Of a stretch of DNA of 64,000 nucleotides, positions 40,323 to 53,355 are shown one piece after another. The stretch's first letter is position 1. Each line of letters opens with the position of its first letter. Source of the stretch: Catajapyx aquilonaris. Its lineage: Eukaryota. The position numbers were made by a program, and so were the translations under genes. The stretch spans positions 62,001 to 126,000 of the forward strand of contig JYFJ02000032.1 of the NCBI GenBank assembly GCA_000934665.2, given 5' to 3'. The notes under the pieces were generated by a model. That model did no database searches. It was not told where the DNA came from and saw only the letters and a program-made list of their open reading frames with translations.

Positions 40323-43300
40323 CCGGCGTCAGAAGCAGTCAAGGCTGTCGAAAAGTGGGACAGCCAAAGTGACAAGAAAACCTCCAGTATTTGAAGAGGA
40401 GGTGTTTGACAGCTGGAGTACAAAAAGGCGTGAGAAAAAGAGGATGAGGAGAGATCATTAAGAAAGCCTTTAGCAGTGATGGGAGAAGCACTTAAAGGCG
40501 GAAATGCTGCTGGGCTCTGGAAGCAGGAGAACCTGAGAGTGACAGCCATTTTCGGCCTTTGTCTTCCTCTTTTCCCCCCCTTCGCCACAACCAGCATGTA
40601 TTGATTCCGCTGGGCTCTACGACTACCCCCCAACCTGCTGGAGTGAGAGAGAGAGATATATATATCTACCATATACTCCAGCAAAGTGCAAGCCAACCCA
40701 AGCAGCTTCCCTTTCTCACCTTTGATACGTGGCTGTGAAAGTGACACCGAGATCTATAGCCAGCCGCCTTTAAAATTCATGGAAAGACCACAAGGCGCAG
40801 CAACAGCCCGGGTAAAAAGGGAATTTTCTCCAGGAATGACGACAGTTCCTGTCCAGAAGAAATATTCCGCCTTATTAATAATGAAACCTTCCGAATTTAT
40901 TAACGCAGCTCTAGAACCGGTGTATTTCAGTTTCACAGGCCTTGGTGTACCTGCGGATTCGGCCAGCATGATTTTTTGGGGGGAGATTCTGCTGAACCGG
41001 TTGTCTTATGGTACCATATCCTCTTGAACCCGAGTATATTTGGGCAAATGCACCAAACCCTAAATGGAGAGTATAGTTGGGTTATATTAGCCTAAATTTT
41101 TAAGCCTAGCTCTAATGATGTCGGAGGCGACTGAACCTGGACATTGGTCAGTTGGTTTAGCGTCATAATTACATGCGGTTATGAAACACGTTAGGCCTGA
41201 GCGCATTTTACGATGCATCAATAACTTTATTATCTTAACGACTTTACATCGAAACACTGCCAACAAAAATGCAAATTGATGCAAATCCGCATGAGATTGA
41301 AGTGTTACATTCCGAGAGAGGGGGAGGGGGGGACCACCACATAATACTCGCAGAAAAACTGCCAATAATTCACGCCTTCCGGGCACACGACGCTTCCGCA
41401 TGTGCACATTCTCCAAATTGACGAAATGCAAAAAAAAGTGATTAGTATAATTCAAGCTGCTGCACATATTAGCGCCAGGTACGTGTAGGAAGCTGTGGTA
41501 CACGTGAAGAGAAGAATGCTTGGCGGTTAAGAAGATTGGGAGGAAAAAAAAGAGCGGCATCTCGTATATACCGGAAGAGGGCAAAAGAGAAGGCGCCTGT
41601 AGGGTATACGAGGCGGTCGTGCAGAACTCTCCAAATGCTCCGTCTCCTTTTCCTCGGGCTCAAACCAAGGCCCTTTGTTTCACGTACTGACGCGGTCATC
41701 ACCTTATGCCTTCCTTGGGCCGGAAATCAGACCAGCTTGAATGGAGAGCATTTTTCTTTATCTCTTAGCTCATTAGAGTTGACTCAAGAATGCGGGGAGG
41801 AAAATGAACTGGAACCATCTTTCCTCATCTTGGGGATGTTTTATGTTGCTGATCACCCGCTGGCTAAAAAGACAGTCATGTCCAGACCACCGCATTGTGT
41901 CCAGATAAACTGCAGCTGATGATTGAAGGTGTCTGCTTATTCAAATGGAATCGTGGAATTGCATAAAAGGACCATCAAATATGTAGAAATATCGCAGGTG
42001 GTAGCCCCAAATTATGTCTTGTTTTTTTTTGCCTGACTTTAAAATATGAGTGCTACCTCGATGCGGATTAATATGTTGGAAATAGAGAGGTTTAATATAT
42101 TCACATTTTTAGTGAAGGCAATTAACAGGAGCCGTGACTCGTTTATCAAAGGGGATGAAGGCAATGATGTGTGTGACTCAAATTCACGGCTTGACTTATA
42201 TGGCTCACCGAATCTTTCCAAGTCTACAAACAACAGGCCATGTTATTTCCAATTAAAGATACGCCTGATTGAAGATATAGGCCTCTGTTATTGGTCTATG
42301 CCCCTCCTAACGACCAATTTTGGTAGCATGAATTTGCTTCAGATGACATCAATGGGGAGCTCTCTTTTTTCTAGAAGAAACGGTTTGGTTTAAATCAACG
42401 GATGGAACCCTCCCGAAAAAAAAATGTTTATATGTAAATGCAATCTTAAATTCAAATCTGAGGCTGTAAATTTCAAAAGTACCTTTCTGGATGGCGTAAC
42501 AAAAAAAGGTGCTCCCCAGGTGTAATTGGAATCGAGTCGTAGATGGGTCGTCCCTTTGAGATTAGCCGGGGAATAAAAAGAGGACGGGGGGATGGTAAAG
42601 AAGGAATCGTCCCTAGCAACCTTGTTAAGGTAGCAGGGGCCTAAATTAAGGAGCATTCTTAAGCGGCACCGGGCCTCCAATCAATAGTGAGAGGAAGAAG
42701 GCGGAGGAAGCAGGTGTAAAGATGAGGGGTTGGAGAAGCTGAAATTTCCAAATCTTTCGTGCTAAATAATGACAAGTTGTAGACGGCGGGCCTAATGAGG
42801 TGCAGCAGGCTCCAATTGACTGGATGTCATTCCTTTGGCTGCCTTTCGAGTGACAGTCGGAGAGGGTAGGGGGTGGATTGGTAGAGGAGGAGGGGGGACT
42901 ATACACCAAAAGATAGGCTGCTCCGGTTCTCTCTTTTTGGCAGCCTGTGATTTAGGAACCGGCGCACAGATGCGAACAAGACGGCGATATTGCAAGGGAT
43001 ATTTCACGTTTGTTCCCGGAGACGGATGATGGAGACGCTCCGGATAATTAAGCTGGGGGGTGACTGAAATATAATGGCGGCAAGAAATTGCCAAATTGCA
43101 AAAGCCGCAGAAGGAGCTTTGCTTGGAAGTCGGGATGTTCTTGTTTAGACCTAATCTCTCTGCGATATTGTATTGTGTGAAGTAACTTGGATAAGTTGTA
43201 CAGTTTCTTTTCAAATATTATTAACCATAACACGCACTAGTTAGCGTGAATTTGTGGACCGCATCACACGCATTAAGGTGATATCACCGAGAAGATGCCG

Positions 43301-46300
43301 TGCCGTGAGTCACAACTATAGATAGTTATCACTTTATATTTCTATTGTGCACTTATAGTGTCGACCTTGGCCTCTCTAAATATGCGTTGAGTGACGGTGG
43401 TCGACGAACTCGAACGAGTCAGTCGTTTCATGCGCCATTTGTTGACCAGCTTTATGTATGAGTCAGGTGAAACCTCTCTCCTGGGGTGATTCACGGCCTC
43501 CAAATGACGTCCGGGCAGCTGAAAATGGAGCTCTAAATAATTCACCGATATAGCATCGAAAAGCCATGGTATATCAACGGAGGTGACTTCACCAGCCAAA
43601 TACTGTACACTGTACGAGAGCTTGTTGAATTACAGTAGATTCCAGATGGCTCACTGCAGTGCGCAGTGTTAAGTAGCAAATGTGAAGCATGTGGTGCTAT
43701 TCCCGTCATAAATAATTAATTTACTTGAGCACGCGAGATTGAAATTTTCACAGTGCAGATTGTACAGTAATACTGTACTAGGTGCTCCATCATGCAAGAA
43801 CCGTATTAATATATTTACTAACTGAGCTCTGGATCATGCTTGTGTAAGCAAGCAATGTTTCTGACTGGTTACTCTTTACCACATCGTGATGTTGACATTA
43901 AAGTGATGCGAAACAAATCGGCCGAATATGTGCCAAATCATGCCGGCAACTGTGTGAGACCTCACCTGCCGTACTGTACAAAGCGACACCTCTAGAGATG
44001 TTCTAGTTAAGCCAACTTTATAAATATTGAATTTACTGCTGTCACTCTTAGTTACACTTTAAATCCCTCTTAATAAATTTGATAGTTTGCAACATGACTC
44101 AGCCTCACACTAGAGCACTCGACAGTAAGAGTATACGAGCGGAATGGTTATTAATTAGGTTAATAATTCCTCTGAAACTGCGAATTGCATGCACCACCCG
44201 GTACTTCCACAGGGGCGAATTCTTTATGGTTAATTAACTGAAAACACATACCCAAACATTTTTACCGCGAAGTTTCCGTTTGACAGTTCAGTGGTATTGA
44301 CATGTGGTTTTTTTTTACTGGGTCCTGCAGAGCCACGAAATCAAAACCCCCACCGGCTGCATGGCATGTGACAAATCTATTGGCTCACTCAATTGCACCA
44401 ATCCCCGCAAAAACTTGGGCTCACATATATATTTTTTTGTAATATTCCGTCCCTTGGAATGTGAGGAGAGGGCGGGTTATAAATTAGTCCCAGATTAAAT
44501 TTCCGACCTAATTTCATTTTGTCGCACAATTCCGGGGTGTCCTTTACCGCCATAGTTGAGCCCGAAGCTCCGCACACAATAAAGCTAACCTTCCTTTCAG
44601 AGAAGGGTCGGCTCGGGATGAATTATATGCCTCAAAATTACTGGAGCGATGAACCTCACTGCCCCGAAATTGAATGCCACAGGTCTTGAGCGTCGCAATT
44701 TCTTAATGGTGGTTGGCCTGTCACCAGAAGTGTCGCCGATCTTGTCCTGCCCTGTGGTGATTCACCCGCCACTGGGAATTTTTCCTCCGGAAAAATATTT
44801 CTCCCTATTGTACCGGAGGGGGTCACCAGATGGGGTCGTCTCATTTTCATATCCGGGCCATTATTTCCAATAAACTTATGGAAATTGATCGAGTCGTCGC
44901 TATCCATCATGGATATGGAGCCAACTTGATGATATTATGCGAACGAGGCTTCCCTCCCTTCCCTTCCATGGCTTACATGGCCTAATTGCAGCGCTCTACT
45001 GAGGAAGCCAACCCGATTTATCATTGCAGCCGAGTTAGGGAGCCATGTGGCTATATGGAGGACGCCCAGAAGGATCGGATCTTGCGCTTCAAATTGCCCT
45101 GTTTTCTGAGTTGATTCAGGTGATTATATCGTCAAGCCATGGCAGGTGCTTCCCTAGCTCGGTTGCTCCCTTTTGGAGAGCCGGGTGTTACAAATAACTG
45201 GGGGCTGACTAGGGCAGGACTGAAACCTAATTTTCTGCGCAGGCTGCCTGGCTCTATGATTCATTGCTGGACGGAAAAAGAGAGCGATGGGGTTTACGGT
45301 GATTGGCCTGTACTCACTTTTCCTAATTATTGCTAATCACGCTGCACTCATTGTGGCGATTGCTGCGTAATAGCAACGGTCATTAATAAAGTGAAATTTG
45401 CATCGCTTCTCACCTGGAAATGCAATATCGAACGGGCTTACCTGGAGCTTGCTGTACGTATACTTCATTTGCTGCACGAACTAGATGTTGTAAACTCCTC
45501 TGTTAACGCTTCAAATGTAATTATCTGTCGTCGAACTAAGCTTAACGTAATGCGCATGCATTATGTCCTGTTAGAAAGGGCCATTAAACCTTTTGGGCAA
45601 GTTTTAGGATGCATAGTATTCCTATCTGTGGAAATTGCGTGGCGAAATTTGCGCGCAAACTTACTTATCAGTCCAGGGTAATCTTGTTTTCCTGAACAGC
45701 TACAAGTTGCTCAGCTTTAGAAGTGAAGGGCAGAGGTGGGGGGGTTCTCAACATTCTCCAAACAGTGCTGCTCTGTGCTACTGCACTTTGGCACATTTGT
45801 TGAAAAATTTGTGAGGAAGTAGAATGCATTCAAACTTGTTTTTAAGTGCAGCAATGTCGCAGAATATTGATACCAAAAAGCGTATCAAGTCTTGTAGCCA
45901 TTAGTTTCAGTGCAACAAAGTGCGAAAAGTAAAAAATGATAACAGTTTCAAGACTCCCTACAATGTAAAGCAATGTGCCACATATTGCACATAATCTTAA
46001 CGTCATGGTGTCTGCAGGGCTTAAGTATGTCTCATTTTCAGCTTAACCTCAAAGTGTGCCTAGGATTTTATTGAGCCTACGAGCTCCACACTGTCGTTAT
46101 GATATAGCTATAGAGAACCCTTGCGCAATATTTAAGTTTTATGTGTCATTAGGCACCTTTGCCTTATTCACATTCGTGTGATGATTTTGGTTTATGACGT
46201 CAATTATATTGTACTTACCCTGGTCAATTTTCCTCGGTTGACGAGGCAATTTGCTGTGATAAGGTATATTATAGTACCATTCCAGGAAGAACCGAAGAAC

Positions 46301-49300
46301 CACATAACACAACGATAAGAAATCGCACACCAGTGAGAGGAGAGGTCCCCCCCTTTGATTCTCCGCATCCAAGTCGGCCAATCAGTCTCGGGTTATAGGC
46401 AGCAAGCAGCAAGACTATCACTGGCAATCAGATTACTGCAGTTGTTAAATTTGATGCATTGAAACAGTTCCTCTCATATCATTCTAACGGCCTTCTTTAC
46501 TTCTCGAAGCAAAGTGCCTAATGCCAAGCCTACAAATCCGAGTCGTTCACCTAGAACCAAGTATCTTCCAGTACAGTTATTACCCCATTCCAGACAATGA
46601 CCATAGCGCAGACGAGGATATGGCTTTCGCATTATGGCCAAACCGTTGTGTAGTGGTCCCGAATGGTTATGAACATGACCTGCAACTGTGAGTTACAGGC
46701 CTAAGATGCTGTTTTCCTCCTCCGCCTACTCTGTATAAGTAGAATGTGCAATATATGCGGGTGCTTTCAAAACGTGCAAGGTCAATTGTGCAAATGGCAA
46801 CGGAAATTGTGTCATTCGAGTGTGTTTATTTCCGCACTTCTTTGCGAAAGTAGCTTTTTACAATCTCAAATATCGTCGCAACTTCTGGGTTTTAAAAAAA
46901 TGGCTGCCTCCTAATTCAAGGGAAAGGGATGAGGCGGGAGAAAACGTTAATTAAACAGCTAAAAAGACATCTTTAAAACCTAGTTAACAACACGTCCCTA
47001 GATTCCCCTCCGTTTTACGTCCAAACTTAACGCATTAGCATATGCACGGTTGACATATTTCAGTCCGACTCGCTCATTAGCAGCATGATTAGGCGTCTTA
47101 AGTGTGAAAGTACGCATCTAATGTTTCTCCGGGATGAGTAAGATACCATCGGGCTCTCATAAAACTGCGCGTCAGGGAAGGGAAAATATTTGAAGTTTTC
47201 TGCTTTATTTTCTGGCGGGATGCTGCAGGAGGGTCTTTTTAGTAGATGACTCGAACTGGTCTTGAGTTGTGCCACCAAGTGGCGTCAGAATTAGGTCTGT
47301 GGTTCAGCTGTACCCCCCATGTAAGATCCTATTTGGAAACAAAATGCAAGGAGAGTTGGAGAGCAGGGCGCGAGACAGGTTTGCCCCTGCAGGAGGGCCT
47401 CACCCTCCCGCCATGGGCATCCCGCTGGTTCCGGCTGGAAAAACCTACAAGGGTTTTGGACTGGCAGTTCATCAACCAAAATAGAAGGGATTGCTGGAGA
47501 ATAAGTCGACGGGGGTGAGCCCAGAAAGGACGATGGCCCGGGCGATGCGATGCTAAAGGAAATTCCATCTTCTTCAAAAGGTGGTTACAATGTGGGACAA
47601 ACGAACCGGCTGAAATCGGATACGAAAGGTTTCCAATGCACCTGGGTTTCAATTGGCTGAAAAAGGAAAGAAAACAAATTTTGAAGCGTGTTCCTTTTCT
47701 TCAACTCTTGTTATTGTTGGACTTGCATTCATCAGGGGGTCCGGCCTGTTTGCTTCTGGTTTTGGGATTAGCCCACTTTCTGTGCAAAACCGACTTGGTG
47801 CCGAGCCAATCGTACCAAGTAACGAGCTTGACGCTCCGCTTCATTGTTTTATTATGTCCATATTTTATGGGACGGAAAAGGAGGAGGAATTGTAGGGAGC
47901 CGGAAAGGACTTTTATGGCTGTGAGGCTGTAAAGGAGGAAAACCCTGGCAGTGAGAGAGGGACCTTAGGAGGGTTCACAAAGGGCGCGAGTTGCACTGAC
48001 AACCAACTGCAGGCTCACTGACGGCTGTCGTTACTAGAATTGAAGACGTTCCACTGGCCAAGCCTATAGGATTTCTTCTCTTTCGCCTCCCTCCCCAATA
48101 TCTTTTTTTTTTCCTTAGGTTTTTCTGAGCTGGAAGCATCCTCCAGACGAGCATCTCGTTCTCCCGATGGCGCTCTTAATCACAGGAGGGAACTGGGTGG
48201 TAGGAGTTTCTGGAAGGCCAGATCGAAGCGATGCCTTCTGGGTTTGTAGAAAGGGGAGAGGACTTGGAAGGGAGGGTAAGGGGCAATGAAAGTAGGGGAC
48301 CGATGGCGGCCGTAAATCTCGCCAGGACCGCTCTACAGCTCCAACAACCAGCGTTTGGGACCATGTAGGCTTCCCTCCTCAGTTTATAAGGACACGCTTA
48401 TCAGTAAATCCTTGTCGATTGTCGAGTGGGATTCTCTCAGTTGCCATTGGGCTCCCTAGGAACAAAGGTCGTCTTCTTGCTTTGGGGACGGTTTCCCGTT
48501 GTCCACAGCTGGTTTACGATACTGGTCAAGGGTGGAAAGAAAGGTGAAATTCCCCCCTTTCAAATAATCCGGGGCTGTTTGGAAGGGCCTGTAAACAGTG
48601 GGGAAATTGGCGTAACGCAATTTCAGCTAAGAGTGCACTCAAGTACTTCCCTCTGAAGCCTGGAAAATTCCTAACGGAAAAGGACACCACTCTCTAGTGC
48701 TGGGACCTTTGTTTGAGTGTGGGATATTGACATTAGATGGAACTTTTGGGTAAACGGATGTGAACAAATAGGCCGATGTCTGTCCCATCGGGGGCATTGT
48801 CTTGATTCCGGGCATGGAACCCCTTTCCTCTCACTCCATTTGTCGTGGATGGAATGGAGAAGGTCTTTTGGAATGGGGGAAAGATTCAGGAGCAGTTGGA
48901 AAAAGAAACCAGGCTCTCATGCAGAACTCGCGTGTCTGAGAAGGGGGGGGGGGCTTCCAGAGACAAACAATTACTGGGAGGTCTCTGAAGCACCTCCAAT
49001 TCACCATTAGTCCCGCCTTATCCACAATGTTTCAAATTTTCCGCCTCCCTTCCTCCAGTTTTTTTTTATATTCAAAAGTGCGGATTCATCTCATTATATA
49101 TGCTTGCAAGGACACTTGTTAAATCTATGCGACCTCGTCCTCTTTTTCGTGCTTCATCGGTGTTAGATTTTTTTGAGGATTAAAAAAAGAGGGTGTACCA
49201 GCCCTCAGAATATCAGTTCTGCAGATCTGGAGACATTGAGTTGATTAAGCTGAAATCTGGCGCTTTAGGTTTCTCTGACACCACGACCACAAATGATAAT

Positions 49301-52300
49301 ACTCTACTCTGCTAACTTAATCAGAAAGCCGCCTAAACACGACTTGGAACCGATTTTCTTCCTTCAGCAGAAATTTCCCCTTTTCCCTGGCAGCCGCGCT
49401 TGTCTCGAGCTCTCTCAGTCTTCTGCTTCTCTCAGTTATTCAGTCAAGCAGCTTGCCCGAGATTTTGAAACTTGCAGGAAACTTTGTGTGGGTGTTGAAA
49501 TATTGCATAATTTCTTGGCTGGCGAATAACAATGGGAGGGGGTGCCAAGGTTGTAAGCAATGCTTTGATGAGGCCGAAATGAGAAGTTACTAATACAGTG
49601 TGATCCAAAATACTTATCCTGTCGTAAATACACAACATTATTTTTTTCCCCATCAGAAATGAGTTGTGTGAATAGTCAGCTACCAAAAAGATGTTGTAAC
49701 TTTTGGATGACCCTTGTTGTAGTGGAACAACCCAAACCTCATTCCGCACGTATATTACTTTTCTTCACGGATCATTTGCAGAGATTCACTCTCCGGCCAC
49801 GTATGCGTCATCACTTCATCATCGTTTTCATATACCTGTTGGGATAATTCGCGGTTGGATGAAAAACCTGATCCCGAAGAGGAGTGCCCCGATACATACA
49901 TATACACATGACGAAACGACGACATACCTATTGAGAATGGGTATCAGGCATTTTGTGCAGATGTTCATGAACGGTTTTTTTTCCACTGGCAGAATCCTGA
50001 CTCTAATGAGAGCCACGAGCTCATCACTATGATAACTGGCAGTGAAGGCGTATATATAATAATTCATTCTAGTTGGGGGGTTTAGGCATCGGGGCGATGG
50101 CCATGGTGGTGGGCCAGGACATTGACTCCTCATTTTTGCCAGTGGAAAACCCGAGTGGAAACAAGACCTCCAGCTCTTTTTCGCACTCGATCGTGATGCG
50201 GCCAATATTAGGAAGCGGAATTCATTAAATATAATCAACCCTTCGCACGCTTCCTCGATCACGACCCAACAGAGAGAGAGACTCTCTACAGTATATACTT
50301 CCGAGGAATCTTGCCCTTCAGCTGCCTTTCACAAAGTACACATCGAGCGCAGGTGGGATAGGTCGCAAGGGAAACTTAATTTAGTAGACGCTCCAATTAA
50401 TGACCCTGAAGTAAACTTTGTACGCCGAATTATCATGTATTCGTTTACTGGCGCCGGTGGGCGTATATTTCCATAGCCTTTTTTGGCGCATTGAGGAAGT
50501 TGCAATGAGGCGACATCACTTGTATCTGATTTAGAGTCTGCTAGACAGTTCAGGCTAGGAAAAAAAAACAAGTAGCGTATCTCGTCTTACTCTAAAGTGC
50601 TTTAAATGACGGAAATGAAGTGATGGAAACAACAGCAGCAACAACCTGTCACTGAAAAAAAGAGAGCTGTCCAGATAAGAATGGAGGGGAGAGAGAGGGG
50701 GGGGAAAATATTATTATGATTCTCAAGATAGCCCCAGGTTTCACTGGGCACCGTGTCTGCATCTTGCATATTTTCTTCGTAATGAGTAATTACATATGCC
50801 ATGAGTCGGTGCAACCTTTTTTTTCCAAGCATACATATGCGTGCAGTTGTGTGGGGGATGCATTAACCCTAGACATGCAAAAAAATTGGTGGAGGGCATC
50901 ATGCATGTTTAACCGTTACCAGGGCGCATCCCATGGGAATCTTGCATTCTGGCTCTCGGTTTGCTACCGTCTCACCTTTTCTCTAGAAAAAGCCAAGAGT
51001 GCAACTTCTCAAATCTTGCATGGAAGAGGATGAAACTGCACCAGGAAGAAGAGCGGCTATATACACGTGGCCATGTCCTTTCTGACTCCACAAAGTGTAT
51101 CATCCTCTAGCTTTGGAGTCAAGCAAAAGGGGTATTTTCTGCTGGCTGGCTGTTCGAGATAAGAAGCATGAGCACAAAGGAGCCTTATTATTATTTAGTG
51201 AATGTCCTCGGCCGCCACTCCCAGGCAGATCACTGGGCGAGATAGGACAAAAGGGAGATTGCAGTTTGAATATGGAACATGTCCGGTAGGCGCAATGGTA
51301 ATTGGCCATAATTGCAGGTCCGTGAAATGGGGCAGGCGTCGAGTGATCGTCTTCATGTAAATTCATGAAGGAACCGTTGGGGGGGAGGGGGAGAGAACAG
51401 AATTCCTACAAGTAGACACCAGGCTAGTCGTTAGGACGTGGGTACACCTTCAGATGATCTAGATTGCTGCTGCCGCTTGAATTAAAAGTAGCAGGAACAA
51501 GTCATTGTTGCTAACAATTATTATTGACCTTGCTGTCTCGTCTAACATGTTCGGTAGCTGTCTGATGCAGACAAAGTGACACGCTGTTTAACGAGATGGG
51601 CCTTTTGTCATGCAACCAGTTTTTAGCAAACGTGGCCGAATTTAGAAGCGGTCTAGGAGCATCCTTTGCATATAACGAGGGGCGTCAGTACCACTCATGT
51701 TTGCAGTCAGTCTTTCTCTCGAATATAAAAGGGACCCACTTGTTTTGTCACCTTATGGCGGAGGCGGTTACACCTGGCGTTTCATATATAATGCGTTGCG
51801 GTTTTTCCACACTTTTGAACGAAAGCTCTTTGGTGTAACTGCACACTACTCGTGTGGTGGTTCACAGTTAGTTGTTTAACGCGCATAGCACTCTGCATCA
51901 ACCAACGTTCATTATGCTAACAAAGGCCGGCAACTTCTGACCTAACACTTTCCCCGGCCGGAGTAGGTACAGTACGTAAACCAATCTGCACAGTTTGCAT
52001 AACAAGCAGTGGCACTTTTTTTTTTGATGTACTTAACATGGACATCTGGATGCATTCCTGTCAAAATAATTTCCTCTCCCATTCCAATCTCATTTGTATA
52101 CGGAAAACACCCGTCCTTTTTTGTGTATGCCTGTGTATCGAGTGCGGTTGGGTAGCAAATGCAAATTGACATTCTGAGTCGTGAATATGTCACATCCAGA
52201 CATGGTTGTATTCCGCGACCCTTGGAGGTTCTGAAAATAGTGCAAACAGGTCAGTCACATCCCACAGAGTACCGTAGGCATTTCAAAAATCTAAAGCGGA

Positions 52301-53294
52301 TGAGAGAAAATGTTTGGCCTCAAGTGAACCGAGTGGTGCACTGTTTCAACATTGCGTGGAATATCCCGTCAGTCTACCCCTCTGGCTTTTATTTCCTGCA
52401 ACTTGTGCTTCTAAAACGGGCCAACTGGTTCGCCATGAATTTTTAGGACTCGAGACAACTTTTTTACTGCTGATTTTTCAAACCAGTTTAACTTTTCTCC
52501 AGAGAGGGCAAGGGCGGGGAAAAAAGTTTATTTTTAAATATCGGTACATTTGCACATAATCATGTGTCATCAAACTGCGAACAAAAGGGATTTTTTAAGG
52601 TCGATCCGGTTAAAAATTAAAGGCTGTCATATTTCGTGAAAATTATGTCCCATTCACATAAAAAATATTTGAGATGGCAATAACAATAATTTATTTTGGC
52701 GAAATTATAATGCTCCACAACTGGTGCTAACGGTGCGATTTCCCACTCGAGGAAGATTTGAGATTCGGAAAAACAAGGAAAAAAAGAGGCACATAAAAAC
52801 TCGATAAATCTTATTTCCTAGGTTCATTGTGGTGCCAGAAACTGCTGCTTTTTTTCTTCCAAGAATAAGGTCCTTCAACGGCGCTTATGGGCCAACTTTG
52901 CAAAAGAAAACCATTAAATCTTATGGCAACTGACTATTACAGGGCGGCGTTCAAGTGGAATAGGCTGGCCAAAGAAGGATGTTGCATAGCGAAGTAGGTG
53001 CCGCCGAAGAGACATTTTGGAGGATGTTGTGGCTTCCACAGAAGGGGTTATTTGTAACTCCAAATGGATCTCCCTCCAGACACTGTATATATGTTTTTAC
53101 GAGTGCAGATAAACCCGTCAACCAATTAGCCTCCGAAAAATCTTACATCGCTCAAGAAATTTGTTTGACCATAAAGTGCCCCACCATCCGTTGCGACCAA
53201 CTTGTCATTTATTGCTGGATTCTTATCTTTCAATATAAGTATGGATAGAGTGAGAGAAATCACTAACAAGCATCTCTTTTTTCTTTTATTGCAG

Positions 53295-53355
53295 ACTGGT
53301 CACGATCTGGTGCGAGGGAAAAAAAAACTGCGGAATGGCGTCACGTCACGAGAAG
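53295..53355 (+). other. candidate 61-nt exon (coding status unknown)
   Basis: Branch-like CACTAAC (53261-53267), a long T-rich tract, TGCAG acceptor at 53294, and donor AAG|GTACGG at 53356. All three frames are open. Confidence 0.4.

Noticed and set aside
47300..48700. G-rich block suspected to be a decayed retroelement or exon (acceptor at 48118)
   Set aside because: No gag, reverse transcriptase or integrase motifs in the frames I examined, and the open frame after 48118 is unrecognisable.
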